From: Candidatus Obscuribacteraceae bacterium
Lineage (GTDB): Bacteria; Cyanobacteriota; Vampirovibrionia; Obscuribacterales; Obscuribacteraceae
Direction: 5' to 3'
DNA length: 64,000 nt
NCBI GenBank assembly: GCA_044226015.1
Contig: JBGAHS010000006.1
Coordinates: forward strand, 96,001-160,000
Shown here: piece by piece, positions 59,435-64,000 of the stretch
Layout: every line of letters begins with the position of its first letter
Numbering within the stretch: the first letter of the stretch is position 1
Program-made: the position numbers and the translations under genes
The notes under the pieces: model-generated
What the model was told of the DNA's origin: nothing
Seen by the model: only the letters and a program-made list of their open reading frames with translations
Database searches by the model: none

Positions 59435-59527
59435 CCGGTTCGTTTCTCAACTACATAATACCCCTAATTTCGAAGCAAGAGCAACCTTAAATAAGCCTGC
59501 CATAGCTGCATCGAACGTTTTGACCGC

Positions 59528-62065
59528 TTAAGACGAACCTTCTTGCTTGCTTACTGATTTTGCCAGAATTGCATTTGCAATGAGATAGATCAACGAAATT
59601 AGCGCAATCAGAAGACCTGCATAGAAAGGTTTGGGTACAAAGGTGAATCTTACTTCGTGCTTGCCAGGCAACAGGGAAACAGCACGGAAGAAGCTATTCG
59701 CACGGTATATCGGAGTGGTTACGCCGTCAATGGCGGCATTCCAGCCCTCATAATACTGATCGCTTAGTACGAGGTAGCCTGCTTGCTCGGAATTGACAGT
59801 TACAAGAACTGTGTTATTGCTGGAAGAGACAATTTGTGAAATATTTTCAGATGACTTCGACGGCAGCTTTTGAGCACTAGTTGCTGTATCAAGCTCGATA
59901 ATGGGCTGAGCTATAGGTTCGAATCTGTTTTTCCCAGCCTCAAACATCATGGATAGTGCTTCATCGTGTGATGCTGCTCTTCGCAAATTAGAGCAAAAAT
60001 AGGCACGCGGAGCTACCGACTTTAATTCGTAAAGCCGAATGTTGAGCCTTCGGTCCTCATTTATTAGTTGAAAATAGCGTGAGTCTAGCATTGGTACTAG
60101 CTCTAGTTGTGACGGAGTTTCGCTAAAACGAGTCGACTGAGTCAAAATAAACCGAGTAGCTGTTGCAAGGCAAAGTTTCGCTATCGGCTCGTCATCAGCC
60201 TGAGTACTGCTGATTCCCCTAGCCTGGCTTGATTTGGCATAACAGTTTTGCAGAAAATTGAAGTAGTCGCCTGTGCAGCTTGCTTCGAAACCGAAAGAGG
60301 AAAGCAGGCCAAAATCCATATTTGTATTTGGTCTGAGGATTTGACGACTGTACTGATATGCATTGATGGTAGCTTTTAGATTGTCATGCTCAGGGTTATT
60401 TTCATCGAGCACAGTGTTTGGAATGGTGAAATGTTCAAGATACAGACCCAGTACCCTGTATTCGTCTTTTTTATTTGCAGCAGTTCTTGCCAAGTACTTT
60501 TCTATCATTTGGGCAACAGCTGAACTCTTTTGGAAATAATTTCCATCCGCCGACTGTTCAGCTCTATGCATAAAAGGGTAAAGGAATAGACTCAGTGAAG
60601 CGGAAACCAGCACGCAGATCTTAAAACACTTTAGTGAGAGTTTTCTCCAAACGAAAGCAATACCGAGCAGGTTAAGTACGAGTCCGCCAATACCGTAAAT
60701 CAGGCATGATTTTGACATTTGTGAATTTGCTAGTGCCACCGCGTCTGGTGCAAAATTCAGGTACGCGTAGGGCAAGATTGGGACATTAGAACTCAGAAGT
60801 AAACCTGAAATGATCAGCACGAGCCAAACTGCAGCAGCTGCAAGAAAAGGACGAAACCCAGAGAGTGTGTCATCAATACCCTTTGCGGCGAACACTGCAA
60901 GAAATCCGACAAAGAAGAACATATGCTTTACAGGAAATCTGATTGGCAGATTGATAATGCTCAAAACTGCAGGCATTACGATCGTATTTTGACCCAGTGC
61001 TAAAAAGCCAAGCAAAACAAGCAACATGGCGAGCAGCGTTTTGCTTTTCCAGTTTTTATCAAATAAGCTCCAAATTGCAGCACTTATTAAGACGGGTCCC
61101 AAAAAGCAAGAACCCACATAGGGCAGCATTTGTCCTTGCATCACAAGGTTTCTAAACTCGGAATAGCGCAACTGTAAATTGCCCAGGGGTTGTGGCAAAA
61201 TTACACCAAGCAGGTCATACCAATTTGCGCTCAGCGTAAGAGTTTCATTCACGCTCAATCCGCTCTGTCTTCGTGATTGAGCAAGCCATTCTGCCGTTGG
61301 TAGCAACATGGGAGTCGCCAGCATGAAACCAAAGAAGAGAGATCTTACCTGGGTAAGCAGTGTCTGCTGAGCAGCTAGTGGATTGTCTTTTCGCCGCCTA
61401 ACGTAAGAGTGAAGAATCAAAAGTGTCAGCAATGCTATCTGCACCATGCTTATATCGGGCGACCCTGCAAGTATTTGCAACGCCACGAACACAGAGCTGA
61501 TTAATACTTCCCAGCTGCATTTTTTGTTTCTGTCTGAAATCTTGAGTTCGATCAGGCGCATCCCCCAAGCAGACAAAGGGCACCATGCCGCACTTTGAAT
61601 AATTTGAAATTCGGTGCACATCGAGAATGCGTAACCAGACATTGCAAAGGAAATAGCCGCAAGAAGAGCTGCTGCTGTTCCAAGCTCATAGCTGCTTAAC
61701 AACAAAAATGCACCAATTCCGAGCAAAAGCTGGTGAAAAATCATCGAAAGGGCTAAAGTGCAGTTGAAGGGTAAAATGGAAAAAATCCATGTGAACGGAT
61801 AGCAAATTCCCTGCAACGGAATGGCAGTTTGAGGCATGCCGCAGTAATTTAGCGGGTTCCATAAAGGGAAGTCGAGCCTGCGGATAGACTCTCCGACGAA
61901 TTTAGCCAATGGCTCAACGAAGTGAGTACCGTCTAGGTGAAAGATAGAACAGCTGCCATTTAGCCAGGGAAAATAGAAAGCAATCAAAACTAACGTTTGA
62001 AAAATTGCATAAAGAAGAAGCGAACGCGCTCTGCCACCTTTTGCAATTACGTTATCTGATTTCAA
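59528..62065 (-). CDS. YfhO-family polytopic membrane protein (GT-C-like glycosyltransferase)
   Basis: PLWNPLNYCGMP, many TMs, PRAY, GYLVLSDQYYEGWNAAIDG, ANSFFRAV, GKHEVRF. Confidence 0.9.
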   Translation of the reverse strand: MKSDNVIAKGGRARSLLLYAIFQTLVLIAFYFPWLNGSCSIFHLDGTHFVEPLAKFVGESIRRLDFPLWNPLNYCGMPQTAIPLQGICYPFTWIFSILPFNCTLALSMIFHQLLLGIGAFLLLSSYELGTAAALLAAISFAMSGYAFSMCTEFQIIQSAAWCPLSAWGMRLIELKISDRNKKCSWEVLISSVFVALQILAGSPDISMVQIALLTLLILHSYVRRRKDNPLAAQQTLLTQVRSLFFGFMLATPMLLPTAEWLAQSRRQSGLSVNETLTLSANWYDLLGVILPQPLGNLQLRYSEFRNLVMQGQMLPYVGSCFLGPVLISAAIWSLFDKNWKSKTLLAMLLVLLGFLALGQNTIVMPAVLSIINLPIRFPVKHMFFFVGFLAVFAAKGIDDTLSGFRPFLAAAAVWLVLIISGLLLSSNVPILPYAYLNFAPDAVALANSQMSKSCLIYGIGGLVLNLLGIAFVWRKLSLKCFKICVLVSASLSLFLYPFMHRAEQSADGNYFQKSSAVAQMIEKYLARTAANKKDEYRVLGLYLEHFTIPNTVLDENNPEHDNLKATINAYQYSRQILRPNTNMDFGLLSSFGFEASCTGDYFNFLQNCYAKSSQARGISSTQADDEPIAKLCLATATRFILTQSTRFSETPSQLELVPMLDSRYFQLINEDRRLNIRLYELKSVAPRAYFCSNLRRAASHDEALSMMFEAGKNRFEPIAQPIIELDTATSAQKLPSKSSENISQIVSSSNNTVLVTVNSEQAGYLVLSDQYYEGWNAAIDGVTTPIYRANSFFRAVSLLPGKHEVRFTFVPKPFYAGLLIALISLIYLIANAILAKSVSKQEGSS

Positions 62066-63152
62066 AAAGGTTTTCTCCTGGAGCAGAGATTGCTGTAGTC
62101 ACAGGCTCTCGAGCGAACGAAACAAACACCGATTCATTCACGATTTGCGCTTTTTGACTTTGTACTGTTATGCACGAGTTGAAAAAATCATCTATTCGAG
62201 TTGCTAGCGAAGAATTTTTCTCAACATGTCTAGCATAATAAATGAGTGATGAGACCGCAGTTCGCTGCTTGAGGGGGTCCCACAACTCCACTATGCGAAG
62301 TAAGTCATCAGCGTCTAATGCTTTCAATCCGAGTTGTTGAATCATTTTACGCGCTTCAGCCTTGAATGACTTCGCTACAACAATTCCAAGGGTGCCACGA
62401 ATACCAGTGGCATTAGCGAACGCCTCAAGGTCGACGACATCGTCCGGTTTTAATTCAAACTGTTTGACCTCAGCTGATATTGCTAGTTGTGCTCCGTCCC
62501 AGCCGTCTATGTCACCTACACGTTGCAATCGCTTAGAACCAGTTCTGACTTTATCTATTTCTATTTGCAAATGTGGGTTATCAGCTCTCAGAAATCCAAA
62601 TACAATTCCCTGGAAGGCTGCACCTGTAGGTTCATTTTTTCTGGCGGTGAGATCAAAACTCTCAAGCAACAATCGAAACAAGGCTGGTTCTGTTCGCACA
62701 GTGGACGGGTCAAAGCTCTGGTCTTGCAAGGTTCGAAGAACATAGTCGGCGACAAGTGCGCGCAATTCGTTCAGTTCATTTTTAGTGAATGCTGCCAGTC
62801 CGTCTAGCCAAGGAATGTAATCTATCCAGGCTTGTGTTGCGTGCGGCGCACAGCTAGGATAGTCAAATCGACTGTTCTCTGCACGGAAATATCTTTCAAT
62901 TTGGTTGTAGAAAGGACGCAAGCTCAATGTTCCGCCTTCTGGCAATGCCAGAATCAGAGTGTTAGCTCTTGCACCGCTCGCGGTGGCATCCTGTTTTGGG
63001 AATATTTTCAGTACGTCATCGAAACAACTACAGTTCAACTCTGGTATTCCGAGTTCATAGTAAAAATCAATGAAGGCTATTAAAAGCCCAGCTGAGAATT
63101 TCCGCTTAGAAAAGCCGGTGGTAAACTCCGTGAAAATGTCGTCAACAAGCAT
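62052..63152 (-). CDS. Putative PD-(D/E)XK restriction endonuclease
   Basis: VGDIDGW...SAEVK catalytic-like motif, Mrr-like tail; TAATG coupling to the DNA methyltransferase. Confidence 0.7.
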   Translation of the reverse strand: MLVDDIFTEFTTGFSKRKFSAGLLIAFIDFYYELGIPELNCSCFDDVLKIFPKQDATASGARANTLILALPEGGTLSLRPFYNQIERYFRAENSRFDYPSCAPHATQAWIDYIPWLDGLAAFTKNELNELRALVADYVLRTLQDQSFDPSTVRTEPALFRLLLESFDLTARKNEPTGAAFQGIVFGFLRADNPHLQIEIDKVRTGSKRLQRVGDIDGWDGAQLAISAEVKQFELKPDDVVDLEAFANATGIRGTLGIVVAKSFKAEARKMIQQLGLKALDADDLLRIVELWDPLKQRTAVSSLIYYARHVEKNSSLATRIDDFFNSCITVQSQKAQIVNESVFVSFAREPVTTAISAPGENLFEIR

Positions 63153-64000
63153 TATTGATCAATCTTTGGTTGAAGGGACGAAAGAGCTGAAAAGGCTTTT
63201 GCAGCCATTTTGAAGTACTGCACGTCGCGGTCTGTTCCAATAGAGCTATAACCAACAGCTTCACATGCTGCAAGTGTTGAGCCACTGCCGGCGAAGGGGT
63301 CATAGACTATTCCGATACCCAGTGGCAGAGCGGCTCTCACAAGTTGCCTCATGAAACGCTGTGGCTTCAACGAAGGATGCGGAGCGATCTCTTTTTCAAT
63401 ACCTCGTGTCGGAGAGCAGACAATCACATCTTTGAACGGCTCCTGGTCCGAAATTCTGCGCAATCCACCTGTACCCCATTTGCGTAGATTCTCAGCTGCG
63501 GTGCCTTCCATGGGTTTGCGAAATATTCCCCAAGGCTCCCAACAAGAACGTGCCATCATGGAGACGTCTGCAAATTCCTTCTCTGCACCTTTGGGGCGGT
63601 CACCGCCGCGAAGTGTCTGTACAAGCCTAATTATCTCGCCGCGCTTTTCAAAACCTGCAGCCATGAATGATTGAAACGTGAATGTCGAAAGAAGAGGATT
63701 CGAAGCGATGAAAATGTGACCGCCTGGAGTTAGAACTCTCTTAAGTTCATCTGCGACTGTAAAGAAGAACTCTTGTAGTTCAATAGTCTCTAGATCTGAG
63801 AGCACAGTGAATCTAGGCAGTGGTTTCCGTTTTGCTCCATCGAAGGATGGCGGAATACGCCAGACTCCGCCTTTACCATCGCGCAGCTTGGTTTGATGCT
63901 TATTGCTGTATTCAATCATGCCGTATGGAGGGTCCGTCACCACTGCATGAATGGAATTATCAGGAATGGATTTTATCCAATCTAAGGCATCTGCTAGATA
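63152..64000 (-). CDS. N4-C/N6-A DNA methyltransferase (beta class), 5'-truncated by window edge
   Basis: Frame open to 64000 (YLADALDWIKSIPDNSIHAVVTDPPY); HPSLKP; DPFAGSGST located after DPPY. Confidence 0.95.
   Translation of the reverse strand, partial: YLADALDWIKSIPDNSIHAVVTDPPYGMIEYSNKHQTKLRDGKGGVWRIPPSFDGAKRKPLPRFTVLSDLETIELQEFFFTVADELKRVLTPGGHIFIASNPLLSTFTFQSFMAAGFEKRGEIIRLVQTLRGGDRPKGAEKEFADVSMMARSCWEPWGIFRKPMEGTAAENLRKWGTGGLRRISDQEPFKDVIVCSPTRGIEKEIAPHPSLKPQRFMRQLVRAALPLGIGIVYDPFAGSGSTLAACEAVGYSSIGTDRDVQYFKMAAKAFSALSSLQPKIDQ

Noticed and set aside
1..64000. tRNA, rRNA, prophage, integrase or IS elements
   Set aside because: No cloverleaf, rRNA-like tract, recombinase, transposase or virion motif recognised by eye; tRNAscan/Infernal not run.

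Overview
64-kb bacterial chromosomal segment with about 55 CDS and no rRNA, tRNA, CRISPR array, integrase or transposase that I can see. Gene content points, by inference, to a non-photosynthetic cyanobacterial relative (Vampirovibrionia/Melainabacteria, Obscuribacterales-like): minCDE, many TPR proteins and Hanks-type kinases, LPS gene kdsD, no photosynthesis genes. Housekeeping genes include aroK, aroQ, a sigma-70 factor, corA, kdsD, a UbiA-family prenyltransferase, minC-minD-minE-rodA, anmK, coaX and acpS. The right end carries a probable Type II restriction-modification pair whose nuclease overlaps the start of a YfhO-family gene. Main observations: (1) a 28-bp site at 43432-43459 matching E. 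coli dif at 23/28 positions, suggesting this is the terminus region; (2) degenerate ~8-bp-period CGAC arrays in three intergenic regions within about 6 kb of that site; (3) three unrelated proteins without signal peptides that share an N-terminal (L/G)P-x-L-T-(F/L)-(L/V) motif, two with effector-like domains (amidase-like plus lysozyme-like; LURP-one/scramblase), which may mark an undescribed export or chaperone signal. All family calls come from motif recognition by eye, not database searches.
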